A stretch of 64,000 nt of DNA from Eledone cirrhosa (Eukaryota). This document shows, piece after piece, positions 30,001 through 41,115 of the stretch (the stretch's first letter is position 1; every line of letters begins with the position of its first letter). The translations under genes were made by a program, and so were the position numbers. The notes beneath the pieces are model-generated. The model saw nothing but the letters and a program-made list of their open reading frames with translations, was not told where the DNA came from and did not search any database. The stretch covers positions 32,240,001 to 32,304,000 of the forward strand of contig OZ024744.1 of assembly GCA_964016885.1 (NCBI GenBank), given 5' to 3'.

Positions 30001-33000
30001 CAGAGAGTCACTTCAGGTAGAGCTGCTACTTCTCAGAATTGAGAGATCACAGACCCGATACTATGGACATCTGTTTAGAATGTCTCAGGAGATCAGAGAA
30101 TCACTCCAGTTAGAGCTGCTACTTCCCCGAATGGAGAGATCACAGCTCCGATACTATGGACATCTGTTTAGAATGTCTCAGGAGATCAGAGAATCACTCC
30201 AGTTAGAGCTGCTACTTCCCCGAATGGAGAGATCACAGCTCCAATACTATGGACATCGGGTTAGAATGTCTTAGTAGATCAGAGAGTCACTCCAGGTTGA
30301 GCTGCTACTTCACCGAATTGAGAGATCACAGATCCGATACTATGAACATGTGGGTAGAATGTCTCTGGAGATCAGAGAGTCACTTCAGGTAGAGCTGCTA
30401 CTTCTCTGAATTGAGAGATCACAGCTCTGATACTATGCACATGTAGTTATAATGTCTCAGAAGATCAGAGAGTCACTCCAGGTTAGCTGCTACTTCTGCA
30501 AATTGAGAGAGCACAGCTCCGATACTATGGACATCTGGTTATAATGTCTCAGAAGATCAGAGAGTCACTGCGGGTTGAGCTGCAACTTCTCCGAATTAAG
30601 AGATCACAGCCCTGATACTATGGACATGGGGTTAGAATGTCTCAGGAGATCAGAGAGTCACTCCAGTTAGAGCTGATATTTCCCCGAATTGAGAGATAAG
30701 AGATCATATACTATGGACATGTGGTTAGAATGTCTCAGGAGATCAGAGTGTCATTCCAGGTTGAGCTGCTACTTCTCAGAATTGAGAGATTACAGCTCTG
30801 ATACTATGGACATGTGGTTAGAAAGTCTCAGGAGTTCAGAGAGTCACTTCAGGTGGAGCTGCTATTTCTCCGAATTGAGAGATCACAGATCCGATACTAT
30901 GGGCATGTGGTTAGAATGTCTCAGGAGATCAGAGAGTCACTTCAGGTAGAGCTGTACTTCTCTGAATTGAGAGATCACAGTTATGATACTATGGACATGT
31001 GGTTAGAATGTCTCAGGAGATGAGAGAGTCACTCCAGGTTGAGCTGCTACTTCTCTGAATTGAGAGATCACAGCTCCGATACTATGGACATGTGGTTAGA
31101 ATGTCTCAGGAGATCAGAGAGTCACTCCAGGTAGAGCTGCTATTTCTCCGAATTGAGAGATCACAGCTCTGATACTATGGGCATGTAGTTAGACTGTCTC
31201 AGGAGATCAGAGTGCCACTCCAGTTAGAGCTGCTACTTCCCCGAATTGAGAGATAAGAGATCCTATACTATGGACATGTGGTTAGAATGTCTCAGGAGAT
31301 CAGAGAATCACTCCAGGCAGAGCTCCTAATACTCCGAATTGAGAGATTACAGCTCTGATACTATGGACATGTGGTTAGAAAGTTTCAGGAGTTCAGAGAG
31401 TCACTTCAGGTGGAGCTGCTACTTCTCCCATTTGAGAGATCACAGACCCGATACTATGGACATCTGGTTAAAATATCTCAGGAGATCAGAGAGTCACTTC
31501 AGGTGGAGCTGCTACTTCTCTGAATTGAGAGATCACAGCTCTGATACTATGGACATGTGGTTAGAATGTCTCAGGAGATCAGAGAGTCACTCCAGGTAGA
31601 GCTGCTACTTCTCCCATTTGAGAGATCACAGACCCGATACTATGGACATCTGGTTAGAATGTCTCACAAGATCAGAGAGTCACTCCAGGTAGAGCTGCTA
31701 TTTCCCAGAATTGAGAGATCGCAGATCCGTTACTATGGGCATGTGGTTAGAATGTCTCAGGAGATCAGAGCGTCACTCCAGGTAGAGCTGCTACTTCCCC
31801 GAATTGAGAGATCACAGCTCTGATACTATGGACATGTGGTTAGAATGTCTGAGGATATCAGAGAGTCACTCCAGGTAGAGCTGCTACTTTTCCGAACTGA
31901 GCGATCACCAATCCGTTACAATGGACATGTTGTTAGAACGTCTCAGGAGATCAGAGAGTCACTTCAGGTAGAGCTGCTACTTCTCTGAATTGAGAGATCA
32001 CAGCTCTGATACTATGGACATGTGGTTAGAATGTCTCAGGAGATCAGAGAGTCACTCCAGGTTGAGCTGCTATTTCTCCGAAGTGAGAGATCACAGATCC
32101 GATACTATGGGCATGTAGTTAGAATGTCTCGGGAGATCAAATATTCACTCCAGGTTAAGCTGCTACTTCCCCGAATTGAAAGATCACAGCTCCGATACCA
32201 TGGACATCTGGTTAGAATGTTTCAGGAGGTCAGAGAGTCACTCCAGGTTGAAGTGCTACTTCTGCGAATTGAGATATCACAGCTGCGATACTATGGACAT
32301 ATGGTTAGAATGTCTCAGGAGTTCAGAGAGTCACTCCAGGTAGAGCTGCTACTTCCCCGAATTGAGCGATCACCGATCCGTTACTATGGACATGTGGGTA
32401 GAATGTCTCTGGAGATTAGAGAGTCACTTCAGGTAGAGCTTCAACTTCTACGAATTGAGAGATCACAGCTCTGGTACTATGGACATCGGGTTAGAATGTC
32501 ACAGGAGATCAGAGAGTCACTCTGGGTAGAGCTGCTAATTCCCCGAATTGAGAGATCACAGATCCGATACTATGGACATGGGGTTAGAATGTCTCTTGAG
32601 ATCAGAGAGTCACTCTAGGTAGAGCTGCGACTTCTCCGAATTGAGAGATCACAGCTCTGATACTATGGACATCGGGTTAGAATGTCACAGGAGATCAGAG
32701 AGTCACTCTAGGTAGAGCTGCTAATTCCCCGAATTGAGAGATCACAGATCCGATACTATGGACATGGGGTTAGAATGTCTCTGGAGATTAGAGAGTCACT
32801 TCAGGTAGAACTGCTACTTCTCCGAATTGAGAGATCATAGCTCTGATACAATGTACATCGGGTTAGAATGTCTCAGAAGATCAGAGAGTCACTCCAGGTT
32901 GAGCTGCTACATCTCCAAATTGATAGATCACAACTCCGATACTATGGACATCTGGTTAGAATGTCTGAGGAGATCAGAGAGTCACTCCAGGTAGAGCTGA

Positions 33001-36000
33001 TACTAATCCGATTTGAGAGGTGACAGATCCGATACTATGGACATCTGGTTAGAATGTTTCAGGAGGTCAGAGAGCCACTCCAGTGTGAAGTGCTACTTCT
33101 GCGAATTGAGAGATCACAGCTGCGATACTATGGACATCTGGTTAGAATGTCTCAGGAGATCAGAGAATCACTCCAGGTAGAGCTGCTACTTCCCCTAATT
33201 GAGCGATCACCGATCCGTTACTATGGACATGTGGTTAGAATGTCTCAGGAGATCAGAGAGTCACTTCAGGTAGAGCTGCTACTTCTCAGAATTGAGAGAT
33301 CACAGACCCGATACTATGGACATCTGTTTAGAATGTCTCAGGAGATCAGAGAATCACTCCAGTTAGAGCTGCTACTTCCCCGAATGGAGAGATCACAGCT
33401 CCGATACTATGGACATCTGTTTAGAATGTCTCAGGAGATCAGAGAATCACTCCAGTTAGAGCTGCTACTTCCCCGAATGGAGAGATCACAGCTCCAATAC
33501 TATGGACATCGGGTTAGAATGTCTTAGTAGATCAGAGAGTCACTCCAGGTTGAGCTGCTACTTCACCGAATTGAGAGATCACAGATCCGATACTATGAAC
33601 ATGTGGGTAGAATGTCTCTGGAGATCAGAGAGTCACTTCAGGTAGAGCTGCTACTTCTCTGAATTGAGAGATCACAGCTCTGATACTATGCACATGTCGT
33701 TATAATGTCTCAGAAGATCAGAGAGTCACTCCAGGTTAGCTGCTACTTCTGCAAATTGAGAGAGCACAGCTCCGATACTATGGACATCTGGTTATAATGT
33801 CTCAGAAGATCAGAGAGTCACTGCGGGTTGAGCTGCAACTTCTCCGAATTAAGAGATCACAGCCCTGATACTATGGACATGGGGTTAGAATGTCTCAGGA
33901 GATCAGAGAGTCACTCCAGTTAGAGCTGATATTTCCCCGAATTGAGAGATAAGAGATCATATACTATGGACATGTGGTTAGAATGTCTCAGGAGATCAGA
34001 GTGTCATTCCAGGTTGAGCTGCTACTTCTCAGAATTGAGAGATTACAGCTCTGATACTATGGACATGTGGTTAGAATGTCTCAGGAGTTCAGAGAGTCAC
34101 TTCAGGTGGAGCTGCTATTTCTCCGAATTGAGAGATCACAGATCCGATACTATGGGCATGTGGTTAGAATGTCTCAGGAGATCAGAGAGTCACTTCAGGT
34201 AGAGCTGTACTTCTCTGAATTGAGAGATCACAGTTATGATACTATGGACATGTGGTTAGAATGTCTCAGGAGATGAGAGAGTCACTCCAGGTTGAGCTGC
34301 TACTTCTCTGAATTGAGAGATAAGAGATCCTATACTATGGACATGTGGTTAGAATGTCTCAGGAGATCAGAGAATCACTCCAGGCAGAGCTCCTAATACT
34401 CCGAATTGAGAGATCACAGCTCTGATACTATGGACATGTGGTCAGAATGTCTCAGGAGATTAGAGAGTCACTCCACGTTGAGCTGCTACTTCTCCGAATT
34501 GAGAGATTACAGCTCTGATACTATGGACATGTGGTTAGAAAGTCTCAGGAGTTCAGAGCGTCACTCCACGTTGAGCTGCTACTTCTCCGAATTGAGAGAT
34601 TACAGCTCCGATACTATGGACATGTGGTTAGAATGTCACAGGAGATCAGAGAGTCACTTCAGGTGGAGCTGCTACTTCTCTGAATTGAGAGATCACAGCT
34701 CTGATACTATGGAGATGTGGTTAGAATGTCTCAGGAGAACAGAGAGTCACTCCATTTAGAGCTGGTACTTCCCCGAATTGAGAGATAAGAGCTCCTATAC
34801 TATGGACATGTGGTTAGAATGTCTCAGGAGATCAGAGTGTCACTTCAGGTAGAGCTGCTACTTCTCCGAATTGAGAGATCACAGGTGCGATACTATGGAT
34901 GTCTGGTTAGAATGTCTCAGGAGATCAGAGAGTCACTCCAGGTAGAGCTTCTACTTCTCGAATTGAGAGATCACATCTCTGATACTATGGACATGTGGTT
35001 AGAATGTCTCAGGAGATCAGAGAGTCACTCTAGGTAGAGCTGCTAATTCCCCGAATTGAGAGATCACAGATCCGATACTACGGACATGTGGTTCGAATGT
35101 CTCAGGAGATCAGAGAATCACTCCAGGCAGAGCTCCTATTTCACCGAATTGAGAGATCACAGCTCTGATACTATGGACATGTGGTTAGAATATCTCAGGA
35201 GATCAGAGAGTCTCTCCACGTTGAGGTGCTACTTCTCCGAATTGAGAGATCACACCTGCGATACTATGGACATCTAGTTAGAATGTCTCAGGAGATCAGA
35301 GAGTCACTCCAGGTAGAGCTGCTACTTCCCCGAATTGAGCGATCACAGATCCGTTACTATGGACATGGGGTTAAAATGTCTCAGGAGATCAGAGAATCAC
35401 TCATGGTGGAGCTGCTACTTCTCTGAATTGAGAGATCATAACTCCGATACTATGGACATGTGGTTAGAATGTCTCAGGAGATCAGACAGTCACTCCAGGT
35501 AGAGCTGCTACTTCCCCGGATTGAGCGATCACCGATCCGATACTATGGTCATCGGGTTAGAATGACTCTGGAGATCAGAGAGTCACTTCAGCTAGAGCTG
35601 CTACTTCTCTGAATTGAGAGATCACAGCTCTGATACTATGCACATGTGGTTAGAATGTCTCAAGAGATAAGAGAGTCACTCCAGGTTAGCTGCTACTTCT
35701 GCAAATTGAGAGAGCACAGCTCCGATACTATGGACATCTGGTTAGAATGTTTCTGGAGATCAGAGAGTCACTCCAGGTTGAAGTGCTACTTCTCTGAATC
35801 GAGAGAGCACAGCTCCGATACTATGGACATCTGGTTAGAATGTCTCAGGAGATCAGAGAGTCACTCCAGGTAGTGCTGCTACTTCCCCAAATTGAGCGAT
35901 CACAGATACGTTACTATGGACATGTGGTTAGAATGTCTCAGGAGATCAGAGTGTCACTCCGGGTTGAGCTGCAACTTCTCCGAATTAAGAGATCACAGCC

Positions 36001-37803
36001 CCGATAGTATGGATATGTGGTTAGAATGTCTCAGGAGATCAGAGATTCACTCATGGTGGAGCTGCTACTTCTCTGAATTGAGAGATCTCAGCTCTGATAC
36101 TATGGACATGTGGTTAGAATGTCTCAGGAGATCAGAGAATCACTCCAGGCAGACCTCCTATTTCTCCGAATTGAGAGATCACAGCTCTGATACTATGGAC
36201 ATGTGGTTAGAATATCTCAGGAGATCAGAGAGTCACTCCACGTTGAGCTGCTACTTCCCCGAATTGAGAGATTACAGCTCTGATACTATGGACATGTGGT
36301 TAGAATGTCTCAGGAGATCAGATAGTCACTTTAGGTAGAGCTGCTACTTCTCAGAATTGAGAGATCACAGCTCCGATACTATGGACATGTGGTTAGAATG
36401 TCTCAGGAGATCAGACAGTCACTCCAGTTAGAGCTGCTACTTCTCCGATTTGAGAGATCACAGACCCGATACTATGGACATGAGGTTAGAATGTCTCAGG
36501 AGATCAGAGAGTCACTCCAGGTTGAGCTGCTACTTCTCCGAATTAAGAGATCACAGCTCCGATACTATGGACATGTGGTTAGAATGTCTCAGGAGATCAG
36601 ACAGTCACTCCAGTTAGAGCTGCTACTTCTCCGATTTGAGAGATCACAGACCCGATACTATGGACATCTGGTTAGAATATCTCAGGAGATCAGAGAGTCA
36701 CTCCAGGTAGAGCTGCTACTTCTCTGAATTGAGAGATCACAGCTCTGATACTATGGACTTGGGGTTAGAATGTCTCAGGAGATCAGACAGTCACTCCAGG
36801 TAGAGCTGCTACTTCCCCGGATTGAGCGATCACCGATCCGATACTATTGTCATCGGGTTAGAATGACTCTGGAGATCAGAGAGTCACTTCAGGTAGAGCT
36901 GCTACTTCTCTGAATTGAGAGATCACAGCTCTGATACTATGCACATGTGGTTAGAATGTCTCAAGAGATAAGAGAGTCACTCCAGGTTAGCTGCTACTTC
37001 TGCAAATTGAGAGAGCACAGCTCCGATACTATGGACATCTGGTTAGAATGTTTCTGGAGATCAGAGAGTCACTCCAGGTTGAAGTGCTACTTCTCCGAAT
37101 CGAGAGAGCACAGCTCCGATACTATGGACATCTGGTTAGAATGTCTCAGGAGATCAGAGAGTCACTCCAGGTAGAGCTGCTACTTCCCCAAATTGAGCGA
37201 TCACAGATACGTTACTATGGACATGTGGTTAGAATGTCTCAGGAGATCAGAGTGTCACTCCGGGTTGAGCTGCAACTTCTCCGAATTAATAGATCACAGC
37301 CCCGATAGTATGGATATATGGTTAGAATGTCTCAGGAGATCAGAGATTCACTCATGGTGGAGCTGCTACTTCTCTGAATTGAGAGATCTCAGCTCTGATA
37401 CTATGGACATGTGGTTAGAATGTCTCAGGAGATCAGAGAATCACTCCAGGCAGACCTCCTATTTCTCCGAATTGAGAGATCACAGCTCTGATACTATGGA
37501 CATGTGGTTAGAATATCTCAGGAGATCAGAGAGTCACTCCACGTTGAGCTGCTACTTCCCCGAATTGAGAGATTACAGCTCTGATACTATGGACATGTGG
37601 TTAGAATGTCTCAGGAGATCAGATAGTCACTTCAGGTAGAGCTGCTACTTCTCAGAATTGAGAGATCACAGCTCTGATACTATGGACATCTGGTTAGAAT
37701 GTCTCAGGAGATCAGAGAGTCTCTTCAGGTAGAGCTGCTACTTCTCTTAATTGAGAGATCACAGCTCTGATACTATGGACATCTGGTTAGAATGTCTCAG
37801 GAA
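1..37803 (+). repeat. Tandem satellite, 93-bp unit (~400 copies), derived from an RTE-clade LINE ORF segment; left end lies outside the window
   Basis: Unit approx. atgtctcaggagatcagagagtcactccaggtagagctgctacttctccgaattgagagatcacagctccgatactatggacatgtggttaga repeats continuously. It translates as MSQEIRESLQVELLLLRIERSQLRYYGHVVR, which matches the RTE C-terminal motif (compare ELRKKLEIRGIRCCLLERRLRWYGHVMRM in the ORF at 41235). Confidence 0.97.
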
Positions 37804-38114
37804 TGAATCGCTGGACGGATTTTTATGAGCAAACCCACCGACAGGAGACCTTGGATTAGACCCCGAGCAAGATAGTTGGATAACATTTATGAGCATGGCT
37901 GGTCATGCTTGGTGATCCAGTCGGATCAGTTGGAGGCAGTTGCTTCTGACAGGACACAATGAAGGTGTATTTGAGGACTCTGCCCCACGACCCTCCCATG
38001 AATAAGTGGGAGAAGACGAGGAGGAAGAGGAGGACAGTAGTAGGAGTAGGGGGAGGAGGGGAAGGAGAAGAAGAAGAAGAAGAAGAAGAAGAAGAAGAAG
38101 AAGAAGAAGAAGAA
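37804..38114 (+). mobile_element. Decayed 3' end of the RTE LINE that seeded the satellite, with purine-rich/(GAA)n tail
   Basis: In frame after the last MSQE it reads *IAGRIFMSKPTDRRPWIRPRAR*LDNIYEHGWSCLVIQSDQLEAVASDRTQ*R, then a frameshifted LRTLP/PRPSHE*. This resembles the RTE/Rex3-type 'GRRPRGRPRxRWxD...LPPRP' terminus. (GAA)n runs 38067-38114. Confidence 0.85.
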
Positions 38115-38507
38115 AAAAAGATAACCACTTAAAGAGTGAAAGAACAGTAAAGATATAGAATATACAAGACGGCGGTCGTGGAAATATAGTGAAGAATTGA
38201 AAACATGTAAGGAGATAATGTGACAAGACATTTAGATATTGTTGATTTATTTGTTGTTTGTTGGTGAATTGATGCGTCCATGTTGTCACATGTTTTGACT
38301 TGTTACCAACTTTCTGACAAGTCGAAGACGAGTTCATCTATCTATTACCTATCATAACTCAACATTTTTTTTTCTTCTCTCAAAAATATTCTAATTTTTT
38401 AAAATTTAGAATCATGGAACCCAAATGAAAGACAGAGAGGAGGCGGAAGGTAATGTTCCAAAGCCTTTGCTAAATGTATTGTATATCTACATATTTATTC
38501 CCCCCCC

Positions 38508-38563
38508 CTCTCTATCTCTCTCTCACACACACACACACACACACTCTCTCTCTCTCTCTCTCT
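38508..38563. repeat. (CT)n/(CA)n compound microsatellite
   Basis: Directly visible dinucleotide runs. Confidence 0.9.
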
Positions 38564-38744
38564 CCCACTACCTCTCTCGGTGCTTTGGCTTGTTTGTCAG
38601 ATGCTGTGACTCCGGGTAGAACAATAGGGATCGAAACTGCCAAAGTCCATGGAGATCTGTGTCTTTCGTTATTCCTTCTATTTTCAAAAAGGTTTTTTAC
38701 TGTTTCACCTTTAAAAAAATATTTTTCATTCTGCCTTATTTTCG

Positions 38745-39280
38745 TCTGTTGTCATTCCTTCTCCTTTCTAACACCCTCCTTAGAACCCTTTCTGTTCCTA
38801 ACAAGGCTGTTTTCTGTAACAATCATGTCCTGATGGTGAATCCTAGCCTCTCAAGCCAAGTATCCAGCCTTCTACTAGCTGTATATAGTGTACCAACCAC
38901 AATCTGTACCACTTCTACTTATTTGATTTTCCAGTTTCCTGATTTATCTCTTGGGCTCCTGGTATTTCTCAACTTTCTCATTCGCCTTGTGGTCCCCCCG
39001 TGAAGCAATATCCACAAAACATGCCTTGTTATTCTTCTTTTCTACGACAACAAAGCCAGGGTTTCTGGCCAAGATAAAATTGTCACACTGGATGGTCATA
39101 TTCCACAAGATCTTATACTGGTTCTTTTCAACCACCCTTTCCTGTTGGTGTTCATACCATTTCTCCCTTCTAATCATATCATACTTATGACAGAGCTTCC
39201 AATGAACCAATCTGGCAATGTTGTCGTGTCTTCTCCTGTACTCCTTCTGTGTAAACATCTTACATTCACTAATAATGGGG
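38745..39280 (-). pseudogene. R4/Dong-like non-LTR retrotransposon fragment (restriction-like endonuclease C-terminus)
   Basis: Translation IISECK..QKEYRRRHDNIARLVHWKLC..KWYEHQ..KILW..IQCD..FVDIA..KVEKYQE continues past stops and a frameshift as VEVVQIVVG..LLQKTALLGTERVLRRVLE. The RHD motif, degenerate PD..D region and KxxKY are typical of RLE-type elements. Confidence 0.8.
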
Positions 39281-39284
39281 TTTA

Positions 39285-39332
39285 TTGCCCCCACGACCCT
39301 CCCAGGAATAAGTGGTGGAAGAAGCAGAAGAA
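39285..39332 (+). mobile_element. ~45-bp extreme 3' remnant of the same RTE family as 37804-38114
   Basis: ttgcccccacgaccctcccaggaataagtggtggaagaagcagaagaa versus ctgccccacgaccctcccatgaataagtgggagaagacg at ~37980; encodes LPPRPSQE*. Confidence 0.75.
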
Positions 39333-39697
39333 GGGTTATATTTGCTGGAAAGTCTGCGTAATATATTCAGCCATTACAGAGATGACGATGTAGCATTAGA
39401 CATGGTGTAGATGAATTAAGTAAAAAGGAATATGATAGAACCCGGCATAGCTGTGTGGAGTTTGCTTCGCAATTTTACATATATTTAAATCAATTACAAT
39501 AATTTTGTTTCATATTTTCTTTAATCATTATCAATCATGTATCCGTATATTACGTGATATAAAGAAAATTTAATTAATGTATGTTGTGAGTATCACTCCG
39601 TTTTTATATTAATATTATTAAACTTATGAAACGTGTACTTAATTGCTTTTTTATCTATCTATCTATTTATCAATCTATCTATCTGTGTATCTATCTG

Positions 39698-39750
<53 letters not shown>

Positions 39751-39875
39751 GGAGGTGAGTTTTATTGTAGTACAATAAAGCAATGCAGATATCGGATAAG
39801 AAGCATTGTACAGTTTGTAGGACTGGAGTATACATAATATATAAGAACAAAAGATGGTTAAAAGAGTTCCATGTA

Positions 39876-39942
39876 TTTTATTATGCGCATTTCAAAAACA
39901 AATATCATCATGCAATAATATTTGTGTTTTCATCAGATAAAA
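39876..39942 (-). ncRNA. Minimal type-I hammerhead ribozyme motif, family A (left arm)
   Basis: Minus strand reads ttttat-CTGATGA-stem II-GAAA-tgcgca-TA-ataaaa. Confidence 0.75.
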
Positions 39943-40017
39943 CAGGAAGACATGATATGTTGATTTAAAACTGAACTATCCACAAGTGTTTTTTAACCTT
40001 CATATCATGTCTTCCTG

Positions 40018-40084
40018 TTTTATCTGATGAAAACACAAATATTATTGCATGATGATATTTGTTTTTGAAATGCGCATAATAAAA
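40018..40084 (+). ncRNA. Minimal type-I hammerhead ribozyme motif, family A (right arm)
   Basis: Stem I ttttat/ataaaa; CTGATGA at 40024-30; stem II caaatattatt-gcat-gatgatatttg; GAAA at 40067-70; palindromic ATGCGCAT stem III; predicted cleavage after AUA. Confidence 0.78.
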
Positions 40085-40114
40085 TACATGGAACTCTTTT
40101 AACCATCTTTTGTT

Positions 40115-40175
<61 letters not shown>

Positions 40176-40385
40176 TCAGCGAGAATCGCATTTCGGCGGG
40201 TAGAAAAAGCGAAACGTAACGCAAATTCCGAGTCCTGCTGGCAACCGCTCCATGGGCTAAAAAGACCAGAACAATAAACATAGGTTATAAAGGTTATACA
40301 AACTGGGAAGGCGATCATCAAGCCATTAACCACCTAAGCCAAAAAACAAGTCAAGCTAAACAGGTCAGACAAAATAAATGACATA

Positions 40386-40452
<67 letters not shown>

Positions 40453-40529
40453 AGGAGGTGAGTTTTATTGTAGTACAATAAAGCAATAATATTAATAATA
40501 TTAATATTTTTATTTTAATAATGCATATC

Positions 40530-40680
40530 AACAATTTCTTTCCATCGCACATATTATTAAACCCTTCAATATTCAAACTTTAATTTAATATTATTCTTAA
40601 TACATACTAACAATTTCTTTTCATCGCACATATTATTAAACCCTTAAATATACAAACATTAATTTAACATTATTCTTAAT
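40530..40680 (+). repeat. Two-copy ~79-bp AT-rich tandem duplication
   Basis: aacaatttcttt(c/t)catcgcacatattattaaaccctt... occurs at 40530 and 40609. Confidence 0.85.
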
Positions 40681-40996
40681 TTTTTCTCTTCATTAATTTT
40701 CAAATTCTTTTAATTTATATATTATCTTCAACGGCTTTTTAACCTCTCTCTGTAAAACAATATATTTTTCTCAGTTATAAGGCTATCTCTCTCTTTCTAT
40801 CACCCATCTCTCCTCCTATTTTATCCTTCCTTATTATACTCCTCCCCTCCATTCTTTACTCTCATCTCCTCCTCTTTTTCACCCCCCCCCCTATTTTTTT
40901 CCCAATATCACACATCAATCTTAAACTACTTTTCATGTGTTGATTTAAAACTGCACTATTCACAAGTGTTTTTTTAACCTTCATATCATGTCTCCC

Positions 40997-41067
40997 TATT
41001 TTATCTGACGAAAACGCAAATGTCATCGCATGATGATATTTGTTTTTGAAATGCGCATAATAAAATA
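40997..41067 (+). ncRNA. Hammerhead motif, family A (diverged single copy within a pLTR-like segment 40938-41100)
   Basis: tattttat-CTGACGA-aaacgcaaatgtcatc gcat gatgatatttgttttt-GAAA-tgcgca-TA-ataaaata; most changes relative to the 40018 copy fall at N7 or preserve pairing. Confidence 0.8.
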
Positions 41068-41115
41068 CATGGAACTCTTTAACCATCTTTTGATCTTATA
41101 TTATATATATATATA

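Larger units (their letters stand above)
39841..40119. repeat. Palindrome A: apparently perfect 119-bp inverted arms, 41-bp spacer, right end in (TA)n
   Basis: 39841-39959 is the reverse complement of 40001-40119. Confidence 0.95.

Noticed and set aside
189-37639. Many ORFs encoding a 31-aa tandem-repeat protein (TALE/PPR-like appearance)
   Set aside because: Frequent stops and frameshifts, no unique N- or C-terminal domain, and the unit is explained as LINE-derived sequence.
1-37803. CRISPR-like array
   Set aside because: No unique spacers (the whole 93 bp repeats), no cas genes, and the context is eukaryotic.
38598-38655. Possible hammerhead (atg-CTGTGA...GAAAC tgccaaa GTC-cat)
   Set aside because: The core lacks a base of CUGANGA and stems I and II are weak; at best a decayed copy.
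40172-40390. Possible minus-strand hammerhead (ttgatga...gaaatgcgattc)
   Set aside because: No C3, over 100 nt between the cores and no convincing stems; left unclassified.
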